From assembly GCA_050012395.1 (NCBI GenBank), contig JBEKHG010000021.1:7834-71833 (forward strand): a stretch of 64,000 nucleotides of DNA, written 5' to 3'. The position numbers and the translations under genes were made by a program. The DNA is from Candidatus Acidiferrales bacterium. GTDB taxonomy: Bacteria > Acidobacteriota > Terriglobia > Acidiferrales > UBA7541. Position 1 is the stretch's first letter, and every line of letters starts with the position of its first letter. Shown here piece by piece: positions 18,289 through 29,114 of the stretch. A model generated the notes under the pieces. The model was not told where the DNA came from. It did not search any database and saw only the letters and a list, made by a program, of their open reading frames with translations.

Positions 18289-18513
18289 TTAATGGGAAGC
18301 TTTAGGTTCCGGGAAAACTTCGCCGCCAACAGCAGCGCGGACCTCAGCGTAATACTCAGGGTGTCTTACCAGAATCGACTTTATCTCCTGGGCCAGCGGA
18401 CTTTCCGCAAGCCACAGCTTTTGCTGATCAGGAAACATCGGGAGCATGAGAGGTTTTGCCTGTTGGAGCAACAGCTCGAGCTGAGCGTGGTCGGGCTTTC
18501 CATTTTCAGTCAT
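18289..18513 (-). CDS. tiny hypothetical protein (74 aa)
   Basis: GGAGG RBS 8 nt before ATG 18513 (MTENGKPDHAQLELLLQQAK...). No family recognised. Confidence 0.5.
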   Translation of the reverse strand: MTENGKPDHAQLELLLQQAKPLMLPMFPDQQKLWLAESPLAQEIKSILVRHPEYYAEVRAAVGGEVFPEPKASH

Positions 18514-18746
18514 TTTTCGATCCTCCAAGGATGTGCTCTATATTTCGTGGAAGCAAGGGCAGCGTTGTTTGCGTTTCTGAAAAATCGGCGGAAGCCAGGT
18601 TAGACTTTATTATTCTCCGTCCAGTTCCGAAGAATGTCTGGCGCGCTCGTTCAAACGAATCTTCTTCCTTTGAACTTGTTGGTTTCGTTTCAGTCTGATT
18701 ATTCACGTTTCCTCTTAACTTTAGGGAAGCACCGTTTTCCACTCTT

Positions 18747-19007
18747 TCAAGAATTGCTAAGTGGAAGTCTCCCAATTACTTGAATTCCCATCGAAGCCCT
18801 GATTTCTCTTTTGAGGATCGACAAGCCGTTCATAGCATCTTCGATGGCCTGCCATTCCAATTCTCCGTCAGGGGTTGTGCGCATCTCGGTAGTGCGCAAT
18901 CTAATGGCTTTTTCTACATCGGCTATTCGGGCGGGAAGGTGCAGATGGTTCGTCTCCAGGAATGCTTTCAGATAAAGTTCTTCCCATTTCCATTGTGGAT
19001 TGGACAT
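18747..19007 (-). CDS. tiny hypothetical protein (86 aa)
   Basis: GGGAGGAG RBS before ATG 19007 (MSNPQWKWEELYLKAFLETNH...). Helical. It resembles small proteins I recall as common in Acidobacteria, but this is unverified. Confidence 0.5.
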   Translation of the reverse strand: MSNPQWKWEELYLKAFLETNHLHLPARIADVEKAIRLRTTEMRTTPDGELEWQAIEDAMNGLSILKREIRASMGIQVIGRLPLSNS

Positions 19008-19191
19008 GTTCTCCTCCCTATACCAGGTGAAAGGAGGGTAAAGGTTTCGAATTTTGATAGCTGTGCAATTTTGCACACTTTTTAAATCGGCTTTGGCACG
19101 AGCGTTCGTGCAGGGACATGCGTCAGAAGCGAATGCGGGAACGAATGCTTTCGAAACTTCTTGAATACTACAGCTCCCAGCCAGCATCTAG

Positions 19192-20202
<1,011 letters not shown>

Positions 20203-20381
20203 CCTCCAAGAGAGAAGACACGCATAGCTCGGGCGTCTCATACCGGCGGATGATTGATTACCTTCCGTCCTGAAACTTTTCGGATGGGCGCGGTAATCGC
20301 GACAGGGCGCCGCTGGTATCACTGAAAACTGGCGCGGCGCAGGACTGCCGGCTACGAGTTAGAACCGCAGCAAAGCTTAGT

Positions 20382-20885
20382 TCACGAAATCGGGACGCGC
20401 TTCACGCCCGCAAAAATTTTGTCGAGGAGTTGCGTGTGCCCGCTCTCGTCGAGCACCAGAACCAGTTTGAGATTCTCCACGTAAACCGCTTCGAGCGTAT
20501 AGTTTCCCGGCCCCTGTCCGTGCCTTACCAAAAGGGCGCTGTGTCCCTGGTCGCGAACCGGGGTTGGCGGGATAGGTTTAGACTCCACCACGACCTCACT
20601 CCCTTCCCGGCGGAACATCACCAATTTCATGCCGTCTTCGAGTGTCTTTACCACCACGGTGTAATCGCCGGGCTCCAATTTGTGCATGTGGCACTGTACT
20701 TTATACGGCAAGGAGAACTTTCCCTCGAACTCCGTCTTCGCGGATAGCGCCTCGATGCGCGCCATATTGTCGGCCTTGTATTGATCCGGGGCGGTTTCCA
20801 CCTGCGCATGAGTGGTGATCGGGAAGAGAACTGCAAACGCCAGACCTAGTGTCGTCCACGTAATTTTCGTCATTCTCTTTTTCAT
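20382..20885 (-). CDS. hypothetical secreted protein
   Basis: GGAGG RBS before ATG 20885. Signal peptide ends ...ITTHAQ. No family recognised. Confidence 0.55.
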   Translation of the reverse strand: MKKRMTKITWTTLGLAFAVLFPITTHAQVETAPDQYKADNMARIEALSAKTEFEGKFSLPYKVQCHMHKLEPGDYTVVVKTLEDGMKLVMFRREGSEVVVESKPIPPTPVRDQGHSALLVRHGQGPGNYTLEAVYVENLKLVLVLDESGHTQLLDKIFAGVKRVPIS

Positions 20886-21218
20886 CGGAACCTCCATTCC
20901 TCCGCCACTTCGTGGCCTCTTCCCCAAGCTCGACTAATTTGTCTCGCGGGCTCGACTAATCATCGTCCTGAGAGCCCTGCATGCGACTTGGGCGGCCGCG
21001 GGTCTCGCCGATTCGCCGGAGGGTCGATCCCGCGTTCGCCGAGGCGGCGGTCTCTCTGCCGCGAGTTTTCTTTTCCGCCGGCCGTGTCACTCTTGGCCGA
21101 AATATTACTCCCGATCGCAAGAATCAGCAACGAACAGCGGTTTCAGTTTGAGATGTTCTTCCCTCTGGCACGGAAGGATTTCTTTTACGAAGCTCCATTG
21201 ATTTGGAAAATCTTTGCT

Positions 21219-22496
21219 CTAAATTTTCAGCAACCAGCGATATTCGCGCAGGAAGAGCACGGCTATACCGAGAAGCACCAGCGCTAAAGTGAGCACGGTC
21301 AGCCGGCGTGTCAATGCAGGGTTCTTCGCCCGGCGCTGAATGATCGGCAGATTGATCAGCGCGCTAGCAAGGGACGCAAGCACCACTCCCGTTCCCGCCA
21401 ATCCTGGCTGCAATTGTCCGTTTACAACCATGTTGGCCGCTGCTGCAGTGGTGCTAGCGCTGCTTACCAACCCGCCCAAAATGCTAATGCCAAGAAAGCC
21501 AAATTTGCCCAGGTGGCGCTCGCCGAGCGTGGAGACGACCTGGATCAACAAGAACAGTCCAGCAAAATTCAGTACGTGTCCGAGCGAAACAGGCGACTCA
21601 AGATGTATTTCCGCCGGGGTGTCCGCGGCGCGCGCACGCGAGCGGCGAACGAGCATGAGCGCCCCGAGGGCCATGACCAGCAAAGGCGCGGCGGCAACAC
21701 CAACCGCGGACGGCGAAAAAATCGCCAGAATTACAAGATTCCGCGCAAACATAGCCACAATCGTGAGCAACAGCGCCGCAACCGCCACGCCGGAGGGCGT
21801 GCTACCGGCACCCAGCGGCCGGGCCAATTCAGCAGCCGCAGCGGTGCTATTAACCAGCCCGCCCAGAAATCCGCTTACATAGATACCGCGGGTGCCATAA
21901 AGCTTCAGCAGGACGTAGTTGGCGAACCCGATCCCCGCGATCACAATCACGATTACCCAGGCGGCGCGAGGATTGATCAGTTGCCACGGATCCACGAAGC
22001 GATTCGGTATAATTGGATAGATTACAAAGCCGAGCAGGCCAAGCAATACCGCGCTGCGAATTTCCTCCAACGTGAGCCCACCAGCGAATTTCCGCAGTTC
22101 CAGCTTCCAAGCAAGCAACATGGTAATGATTATTGCCGAGGCCACCGGAGTGAAAACGTGGCCGCTTCCGACTAGATATCCGGCAGCGAATACCAATAAC
22201 ACGGCCATGGAGGTGGTCAATTCAAGGGGGCGAGCGGAAAGAAAATTTTTGACGTCGGAGGCAGCGATCAGCAGCAAGACGCCGACAAAAGCGATGCAAG
22301 CAAGCGGTACCGGAAGATGCGCGCTTAGCATTCCCAGGACCGAAACAAATGCAAAACTGCGCAGGCCGAAATCTTTGTTAGCCCACTCGCGCTCAATGCC
22401 GACGAGCATTCCAATGCACAACGACGCGGCGAGTTGCACTGCCACGATCGGAGTCGGAATCCTGAAAGCTGGCGTGTAGGGCTGCTGCCAAAGCAT
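21219..22496 (-). CDS. MgtC/SapB-family plus DUF4010 membrane protein
   Basis: N-terminal LCIGMLVGIEREW (MgtC motif) is followed by about 10 further TM helices, typical of the fused DUF4010 architecture. Confidence 0.8.
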   Translation of the reverse strand: MLWQQPYTPAFRIPTPIVAVQLAASLCIGMLVGIEREWANKDFGLRSFAFVSVLGMLSAHLPVPLACIAFVGVLLLIAASDVKNFLSARPLELTTSMAVLLVFAAGYLVGSGHVFTPVASAIIITMLLAWKLELRKFAGGLTLEEIRSAVLLGLLGFVIYPIIPNRFVDPWQLINPRAAWVIVIVIAGIGFANYVLLKLYGTRGIYVSGFLGGLVNSTAAAAELARPLGAGSTPSGVAVAALLLTIVAMFARNLVILAIFSPSAVGVAAAPLLVMALGALMLVRRSRARAADTPAEIHLESPVSLGHVLNFAGLFLLIQVVSTLGERHLGKFGFLGISILGGLVSSASTTAAAANMVVNGQLQPGLAGTGVVLASLASALINLPIIQRRAKNPALTRRLTVLTLALVLLGIAVLFLREYRWLLKI

Positions 22497-22603
22497 CGCC
22501 GTAGTATACGACTGGTGTGTGTGAAGGTTGCGGCAGAAATTCGCCAGCCCGCCCCAGTGCCTGATAATCGGAAAACCGGGCAGTGGAGGCAGCGCTTTAT
22601 TTC

Positions 22604-22639
22604 TCCGGCAAGCGCACTTAATCAGGCGTGTACTGCCGG
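22604..22639 (+). repeat. two-tier hairpin element, copy I
   Basis: Sequence TCCGGCAAGCGCACTTAATCAGGCGTGTACTGCCGG. Outer stem CCGGCA/TGCCGG (6 bp), inner stem GCAC/GTGT. The loop contains TAATCAGG. 20/25 to the family consensus with one indel. Confidence 0.65.
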
Positions 22640-22725
22640 TTAATATTCCCAGGAATCCATTCGCGACCCAATTGTATTAATATGTGCGCGGATTTGCTGG
22701 GGCGACCGAGGTAAGGAGAAAGACT

Positions 22726-23304
22726 ATGAAGCGCAAAATAACGCAAGCGGCGGGATTGGTTGCAGCGTTTGTTGCGGGCATGGTGGTGGCAACCGCGTTG
22801 GGTGGGGGAGTGACTGCGGGAGGAGCGAGGACGCCGACGGCAGCGATGCAACAGCAGCAACAGCAACTTACCGTGGAGAGGGTTATTAGCCCAACGGTGA
22901 CGGACGAGGACATCGCATTGCTGCGCCGAGATATTCGGGCAACGAAAATGCAGGTCATCGGGCAGAATATGTCGCTTTCTGATGAGGAGGCGCAGAAGTT
23001 CTGGCCGGTCTACAACCATTACACCAAGGACCTGGTGGAGGTGAACAACCAGAAGTATGCACTGTTGAAGCAGTACGCCGAGATGTGGGCGACGATGACA
23101 GATCAGGATGCATTGATTTACGTGCGGCACTGGTTGGAGGCGGATGGAGATGCGCAGGCGCTGCGCTTAAGGTATGTGCCGGTCGTGAGCCAGGTGTTAC
23201 CGGGAAGGAAGGCGGCGACGTTTTTTCAGTTGGACCGGCGGCTGAACATGATCATCGATCTGCAATTGTTTTCGCAGATCCCGCTGGCGCACGTGAAGCA
23301 GTAG
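22726..23304 (+). CDS. hypothetical exported protein
   Basis: AAGGAGAA RBS before ATG 22726. N-terminal TM/signal segment, a poly-Q run, and a helical remainder. Confidence 0.6.
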   Translation: MKRKITQAAGLVAAFVAGMVVATALGGGVTAGGARTPTAAMQQQQQQLTVERVISPTVTDEDIALLRRDIRATKMQVIGQNMSLSDEEAQKFWPVYNHYTKDLVEVNNQKYALLKQYAEMWATMTDQDALIYVRHWLEADGDAQALRLRYVPVVSQVLPGRKAATFFQLDRRLNMIIDLQLFSQIPLAHVKQ

Positions 23305-23443
23305 GCGGAAAGAAATACCAACCGCTGGTCATTGCCGTGGCAGGCTAGGTCCCGGTAAGTCGCGCTACTGAACAAGTTCACGCAGGCTTTCTACTTGTCC
23401 GGTTTAAGGTTCAGCTAAACCAGTGCGAAGCCGGCGGACGGCA

Positions 23444-23836
23444 TTATCCGGCGGGGCGCAACTTTTGCAGCCTCTTGATGATTTCTTTGGCCGTGGCATT
23501 CGCGGCGCCTTCATCGGTTTTACGTCCTTGGCGAGTGAATTCAAAAAGTTCAGTGCCTCTAGCGTCAAACACCTTCGTCACCGATGCACTGGCCGGCGCA
23601 TAGCCATAGGGAGTGAAACCACCGGTCCCGTAAGCGATTCGATAGTCGAAATTCTGGTTCACAAATTCAATCTTGATATGGTGATCGGCAGCGTGTTCGT
23701 TGAGCTTTTGGATCAGCAGTCCGCGATCCGGATCCTGCGCGTCAACCCTCATCCTCCAGGTTTGCTGGCCCATTGCAAACGGGGCGAAACAGCAGCTAAA
23801 GATCATCAGCGCCAGTAAATATCGCAGAAACTTCAT
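23444..23836 (-). CDS. hypothetical secreted protein
   Basis: GGAGGG RBS before ATG 23836. Signal peptide ends ...FAMGQQ. 130 aa. Confidence 0.55.
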   Translation of the reverse strand: MKFLRYLLALMIFSCCFAPFAMGQQTWRMRVDAQDPDRGLLIQKLNEHAADHHIKIEFVNQNFDYRIAYGTGGFTPYGYAPASASVTKVFDARGTELFEFTRQGRKTDEGAANATAKEIIKRLQKLRPAG

Positions 23837-24015
23837 AGTTTCCCTCCGCGCTAAAACTTTATCACGCCTGAGCGTCCTTATGACCAGCACCGTCGCCAGA
23901 ACAGCGCTTGAGTAATCAACACCGCGAGGCCCGCACCTGCGCGTAACTTTAGTTCCGCTTAGAATTGTCTTGCAGTATAGTCGCGTCCGTTGATTCTCTG
24001 TGCGGGGAGGTCTTT

Positions 24016-24537
24016 GTGCCGCACCCTCGAACTGCGCGAAGCAACGTTGCATTTATTTTTCTTGCTGCGGCGGCGCTTCTACTTTCAGTAATCGGCCCGG
24101 CTTTGCCGTCTGCAAGTGCGCAACAAAAGGACCAAGCTCCCAAGCCTGCAGTCGGCGTCGGTGTCAGTGTCACTGTTCTGAGTGACCTTAAGGGAGTAGA
24201 TTTCGCTCCGTATATGCGTGCCATGCACGATTCAATCATGCGCAACCTCTCCGCGAAGTTGCCTGAATCGGTCAAGAATGGACAAAAAGGAATCGTGATC
24301 CTCCGGGCCCGCATAGAAAAAGACGGATCGCTGTCTGATGAAGGTGTGACAATCACACGCGGGTCGGGAAGGGATGACATGGACGCTGCGAGCATTAAAG
24401 CGATTCGTGCAGCCGCCCCATTCGGGCCTCTGCCCGAAGGATACAGTGGCTCTAATCTTGAACTGAAATTTGTCTTCTACTTCAACCTCCCTCCTCAGAA
24501 GCCGGACGAGACGCCCAGACCCGTTCCTGCGAGTTAA
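24016..24537 (+). CDS. TonB C-terminal-domain protein
   Basis: GGGGAGG RBS before GTG 24016. TM anchor present. GIVILRARIEKDGSL ... SGRDDMDAASIKAIRAAAPFGPLP matches the TonB_C pattern. Confidence 0.6.
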   Translation: MPHPRTARSNVAFIFLAAAALLLSVIGPALPSASAQQKDQAPKPAVGVGVSVTVLSDLKGVDFAPYMRAMHDSIMRNLSAKLPESVKNGQKGIVILRARIEKDGSLSDEGVTITRGSGRDDMDAASIKAIRAAAPFGPLPEGYSGSNLELKFVFYFNLPPQKPDETPRPVPAS

Positions 24538-24661
24538 TCGGCAGAATGTATGGCGACGATAGGTTCTTTCCCACTCTGGCGCAAATTCAGCTAGAGAATC
24601 CTCAACGGGTTGGTGAGAGATCAAACCAAGTTGAATGCCAATTCGGAAGGAGATTTAAGCT

Positions 24662-25648
24662 ATGAGGCGGACGAAAATATGCTTGCAGGTCTCGCGCGCT
24701 ACGATGCTGGTTTTTGTGATGCTCGCGTCTATACAATTGTCAGCGCGAGCGGAAGGAAAGGAGCGACCTATGGAACATCGAGGAGTACACAGCGGGGACC
24801 ACGGAACGGCTTATCGCACGGTGCAAGTTGACGGACTGTCCATTTTTTACAGAGAGGCGGGGCCGAAAGATGCGCCCACGCTTTTGCTGCTGCACGGACT
24901 TCCGTCTTCATCGCGAATGTTCGAGCCGCTTTTCACGCGGCTTGGGGATCGGTATCACATGGTGGCGCCGGATTATCCCGGCTTTGGACACAGCGACTGG
25001 CCCGACGCGAAAAAGTTCGCGTACACGTTCGATCACATTGCCGAGGTGATGAATCATTTCACCGAAGCGCTTGGGCTTTCGCACTACGCGCTTTACATGC
25101 AGGATTACGGCGGCCCCGTGGGCTTCCGAATGATTCTGGCGCATCCCGAGCGCGTGGAATCGCTCATCGTTCAAGACGCGGTAGCGCATGATGCCGGCCT
25201 GGGAGCGAACTGGAAGACCCGGCGCGCTTATTGGGCCGACCGCGCGGCGAACGAGAGTGCGTTGCGCGAAAATCTACTTTCGCTGGCGACCACGCGCGCG
25301 CGCCACGTGGGCGACGACCCCAACGTGGAACGTCACGACCCTGATTTGTGGACCGATGAATTCTATTTTATCAACCAGCCCGGCCAGATTGACATTCAAA
25401 GCGACCTTTTCTACGACTACCGCACGAACGTCGAGAATTATCCGAAGTGGGATGCCTGGATGCGCGAGAAGCAGCCGCATCTGCTGGTGATATGGGGAAA
25501 GTACGAGTCGTCATTCGATCCGTCCGAGCCGGAATCCTATCGGCGGGACGTGCCCAAGGCCGAAATTCACGTGGTGGATGGCGGCCATTTCGCGCTGGAT
25601 ACCGCGTCGGATGAGATCGCCTTCATTGTCCGCGAATTCCTGAAGTAG
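24662..25648 (+). CDS. alpha/beta hydrolase (epoxide-hydrolase/haloalkane-dehalogenase-like)
   Basis: LLLLHGLPSSSRMF, MQDYGGPVGF (nucleophile elbow with Asp), and a C-terminal GGHFALD. Has an N-terminal signal-like segment. Confidence 0.85.
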   Translation: MRRTKICLQVSRATMLVFVMLASIQLSARAEGKERPMEHRGVHSGDHGTAYRTVQVDGLSIFYREAGPKDAPTLLLLHGLPSSSRMFEPLFTRLGDRYHMVAPDYPGFGHSDWPDAKKFAYTFDHIAEVMNHFTEALGLSHYALYMQDYGGPVGFRMILAHPERVESLIVQDAVAHDAGLGANWKTRRAYWADRAANESALRENLLSLATTRARHVGDDPNVERHDPDLWTDEFYFINQPGQIDIQSDLFYDYRTNVENYPKWDAWMREKQPHLLVIWGKYESSFDPSEPESYRRDVPKAEIHVVDGGHFALDTASDEIAFIVREFLK

Positions 25649-25740
25649 CTGCGTCTAACGAAACAAAACCGGCCTGGTGCAGTCCGACTTTAGTACTGAT
25701 AGTTTTGCGCCGGCGGTTGGTTTGCGAATACTATAAATCG

Positions 25741-26538
25741 ATGAGCATGGATCGATGGACTTCAGGTGCGCAGTACGAGCGGTGGATGGGGCGCTGGAGC
25801 CGTCTGCTGGCGCAGGAATTTCTGAGCCGGCTGGCCGCGCCCGCGGGACTGCGCTGGCTTGATGTTTGCTGCGGAAGCGGCGTGGTCACCGAGACGATCT
25901 TTGAACGCGCCGCGCCGCAAAGCATCACGGGCGTGGATGCTTCCAGCGCGCAGATCGAGTACGCTCGCGAACATCGCGCGTATCCCAACGTCAGCTTCGA
26001 GACGGGCGATGCGATGGCGCTGCGTTTTCCGGACGCAACCTTCGACGTAGCCGTCTGCGGCTTGGGGTTGAATTTCATCCCGAGTCCCGCGCGGGCACTG
26101 GAGGAATTCCGGCGCGTCGTGCGTCCCGGCGGAACGATTGCTGTGTACGTCTGGGACTACGCCAGCGGCGCGATGTTTGTGCGTCATTTCTGGGATGCTG
26201 CGATCGCAGTCGATGGCGAAGCAGCCGCCTTCGACCAGGCCCACCGTTTTCCAATGTGCACGCAGGAAGGATTGCGCAGCCTGTTCAAAGAAGCGAAGTT
26301 GGAAGATTTACGCGAGCATGCGCTGGAAGTAGTAACGCGTTTCACCAGCTTCGACGATTATTGGGAGCCGTTGATGACCGGCCAAGGCTCCGCGCCAACC
26401 TACTTGGCTACGCGCGACTCGAGGATTCAAGCGGCCATTCGCGATCGGTTGCGCACGACGCTGCCGGCAAATCCGCAAGGCGCAATCGAATTGCCCGCGA
26501 GGGCCTGGGCCATCCGCGCGCGAAGGCCTGAGGCGTGA
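25741..26538 (+). CDS. class I SAM-dependent methyltransferase
   Basis: Motif I WLDVCCGSGVVT. Post-I and motif II pattern (FDVAVCGLGLNF). Confidence 0.85.
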   Translation: MSMDRWTSGAQYERWMGRWSRLLAQEFLSRLAAPAGLRWLDVCCGSGVVTETIFERAAPQSITGVDASSAQIEYAREHRAYPNVSFETGDAMALRFPDATFDVAVCGLGLNFIPSPARALEEFRRVVRPGGTIAVYVWDYASGAMFVRHFWDAAIAVDGEAAAFDQAHRFPMCTQEGLRSLFKEAKLEDLREHALEVVTRFTSFDDYWEPLMTGQGSAPTYLATRDSRIQAAIRDRLRTTLPANPQGAIELPARAWAIRARRPEA

Positions 26539-26631
26539 AAGCGGTTAGCCCAGCGGGTAACGGCTGGGAAAGCGAAACCTGCTTTCGTCGCAAGGCTGGA
26601 ATTTCGTCCTCGGGTGGCGAGATGGCGGCGG

Positions 26632-27366
26632 TTAATGGGGCGGGCAGGTTTGTTGCAGGCGCATCGTGTCCACGACGAACCTTTGCCAGCGAGCTTTGTC
26701 GACTACCGCGCCGTTTTCGTGTGCCGCGATGCGAGCTTTGTATTCGGCGTCGATTTCGTTATAGCGCTGTTTTTCCTGCGGGTTCGCGGCGAGCACGGCG
26801 GCGTTGCGCCAGTCGGGGACGGATTTGTCGAGCTCGCGGGCTTCTTCCTGGCGGATGGCCTGGGTGCTTTGTTCCGCGTCGATTAGCGACTTCGTTTCGG
26901 GCTTCATCAGTTCGGTAAATTTACCGGCAACGGTGAGTAACTCGTGCCATTGCGCCGATAGCGCCGGATCCTTGGGCTCGCTGGAAGGGAGGCGGCCACC
27001 GTTTGCAGCGCACACGCTTTTGGCCAGCTCGACATAGCGTGCGAACACATCCTCATATTCAGGACCCATGTCGGTGGCGAGCGCCGAGCAGCTTTGTTCG
27101 GCATTGGGGTCTTTGCGTTGGCGCAATTCGTCGCAATAGGCTTGCTTGTCGGGCGAGAGTTTTCCGCCGCTTGCTGCGCCAGCTTTGGATTTGGGCATAT
27201 TGTCGTCGTCCAGCACGACGGCTGATTTTGGGGTGGAAGATTTGGCGGCGCGCGCTTGACGCGCTACGTCACCGAGCGATTGTGGTTGTGACTGGCCGTC
27301 CTGCGCGTGCGCGATGCTCGCGAAGCTAACGATCAGCAGAAAATTCAGGGCCGCGACTCGCATCAT
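26632..27366 (-). CDS. secreted 4-Cys helical protein, tandem paralog 1
   Basis: Signal peptide present. SLGDVARQARAAKSS ... VVLDDDNMPKSK is followed by four conserved Cys. Homologous to the next two genes. Confidence 0.75.
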   Translation of the reverse strand: MMRVAALNFLLIVSFASIAHAQDGQSQPQSLGDVARQARAAKSSTPKSAVVLDDDNMPKSKAGAASGGKLSPDKQAYCDELRQRKDPNAEQSCSALATDMGPEYEDVFARYVELAKSVCAANGGRLPSSEPKDPALSAQWHELLTVAGKFTELMKPETKSLIDAEQSTQAIRQEEARELDKSVPDWRNAAVLAANPQEKQRYNEIDAEYKARIAAHENGAVVDKARWQRFVVDTMRLQQTCPPH

Positions 27367-27393
27367 TAGTTAGCCTCCAGAACCTACATGTAG

Positions 27394-28137
27394 CTAGTTT
27401 CGGTGGCACAGTTCTTGCAGGCGGGCCATGTCGTACACGTACCGCAGGCCACGCGAGCGTTGCTGATTCGCTGCGTCATCTTTTTCCTGTTCACGCGATT
27501 TATATTTCGCTTCGATCTCAAAGAAGCGCTGCTTTTCTTCCGGATTCGCCATGAAATCTGCGTTGGTACGCATATCCGGGATTTCGGCGTATTCTTCGCG
27601 GTATTTCTCCATGCGGATGGCGTTGAGGGCCGCTTCTGAGTTTTTGAGGGTCTTCAGTTCCGCGTCCATCATGACTTCGAATTTGCCGCTTATTTCGCTT
27701 AGCTCTTTGTATTTTGCGGCAAGCGAAGGATCTTTTGGATCGCTCTTGGGAAAGTGGCCGCCGTTTCCGCCGCAGGCGTTTTTTGCGACCTCAACGTAGC
27801 GCGCGGTCATGTTTTCGTATTCGGAACCCATATCGATGGCCAGGACGGCGCAAATTTGCTCTGCCGCGGGGTCTTTGCGCTGGCGGGCCTGGTCGCAGAA
27901 GGCTTGTTTGTCGGGAGAGAGTTTCCCGCCAGCTGCAGCGCCACTTTTGGATTTGGGAAGATTGTCGTCATCCAGCACGACGGCCGATTTTGGCGCGGAA
28001 GATTTCGCGGCGCGCGCTTCTCGAGCAACGTCACCAAGCGATTGCGGTTGAGATTGGCTGTCCTGCCCGCGCGCGATACTAGCGAAGGCGGCGAAGGAGA
28101 GAAGAACGAGCCAAAGTTTCAGAGGCGCGAGTGGCAT
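27394..28137 (-). CDS. secreted 4-Cys helical protein, tandem paralog 2
   Basis: GGGAGG RBS. The N-terminal ~80 aa are about 75 percent identical to paralog 1, and the C-terminal half is much more diverged. Confidence 0.75.
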   Translation of the reverse strand: MPLAPLKLWLVLLSFAAFASIARGQDSQSQPQSLGDVAREARAAKSSAPKSAVVLDDDNLPKSKSGAAAGGKLSPDKQAFCDQARQRKDPAAEQICAVLAIDMGSEYENMTARYVEVAKNACGGNGGHFPKSDPKDPSLAAKYKELSEISGKFEVMMDAELKTLKNSEAALNAIRMEKYREEYAEIPDMRTNADFMANPEEKQRFFEIEAKYKSREQEKDDAANQQRSRGLRYVYDMARLQELCHRN

Positions 28138-28168
28138 TCAGATGTAGCCTCCCTAGAAAGCATGCCGG

Positions 28169-28846
28169 CTAGTGGCGTCCGCAAATTTCCTGCACGCGCT
28201 CCAAATCGTAGAAATACTTCTGCACGCGAGGTTTTTCCTGCGCCGCGATCTGTTCCACTCCCTGGATGCGCGGCTTGTATTTTTCCTGTATCTCGTGGAA
28301 GCGCTTCTTTTCGTCGGGATTGTGCGCCACCGCGTGCGCGTCAGGCCAATCCGGCAGTTTTTCTGACGCTTCGCGCAATTCTTCCTCGCTGATGGACTTG
28401 ACGGCGGCCTCCGCGTCGCTGAGCGTTTTCATTTCCTCTTTCATCATTTCCGAAAACTTCGCATTGGCAGCGCTCAAATCGCGCCACTGAGCCGCAAGCG
28501 CAGGGTCCTGCGGCTGGGCGGAAGGCATCTGCCCGTTGTTCGCCGCGCATACCGCTTTTGCGAGCAGGGTGAAGCGCTCGGCCAGCGCCTCGTATTCCGG
28601 CCCCATGTCCACAGAGAGCGCCGCGCACGCTTGTTCGGCCGACGGGTCTTTCCGTTTGCGCAATTCATCGCAGAAGGCTTGGCGGTCCGCGGAAAGTTTA
28701 CCGGCAGGGGGTGTATCTTGTTTTGTAGAAGCGGCCGGTTGAGTTTGGGATGGCGGCTGGGATGGATGGTCCTGCGCGCATGTGACGCTCGCGAGCGATG
28801 CGACGGCTAAGATCAGGACAAGATTCGGGGTTGCAGCGCGCAACAC
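28169..28846 (-). CDS. secreted 4-Cys helical protein, tandem paralog 3
   Basis: GGGAGG RBS 5 nt before GTG 28846 (the ORF track extends to 29107). Same four Cys, but lacks the SLGDVAR...DDDN segment. Confidence 0.7.
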   Translation of the reverse strand: MLRAATPNLVLILAVASLASVTCAQDHPSQPPSQTQPAASTKQDTPPAGKLSADRQAFCDELRKRKDPSAEQACAALSVDMGPEYEALAERFTLLAKAVCAANNGQMPSAQPQDPALAAQWRDLSAANAKFSEMMKEEMKTLSDAEAAVKSISEEELREASEKLPDWPDAHAVAHNPDEKKRFHEIQEKYKPRIQGVEQIAAQEKPRVQKYFYDLERVQEICGRH

Positions 28847-29114
28847 GATTACCTCCCAAGGGCAGCGTGCTGATTGTGACAGTAACATCCGCAAGCTGTA
28901 GAACGAATTTGAAGCAGTCGTTTTGTGCTGAGATGAGTACGTGCGCGGCTGCCGCGGCGCGCTTGACGGCAAAATCAAAAGTGGGTCCTTCGAACTGCTT
29001 CCCGCGCTCCGATACTTCCGGGGCAAGAAAGAAGCGTGGGACTTCGCTCGGGATGGCAGGGGAGCGGAGTTGCGGCTGAGGCGAAAAGCCGGCCTGATGG
29101 GCGGCACTAGAAAA

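Noticed and set aside
18506-18775. 89-aa minus-strand ORF bridging two of the tiny genes in the AT-rich islet
   Set aside because: It has a TTG start without an RBS, overlaps both neighbours, and has low-complexity composition.
26632-28846. A ~760-bp periodic repeat that could superficially suggest an array
   Set aside because: The period corresponds to three complete paralogous CDSs, each with its own RBS and signal peptide. It is not a CRISPR or satellite array.
28847-29107. N-terminal extension of paralog 3 given in the ORF track (start 29107)
   Set aside because: The extension is Ser/Arg/Pro-rich and lacks homology to the other paralogs. A GGGAGG RBS sits 5 nt before GTG 28846, directly ahead of the signal peptide.
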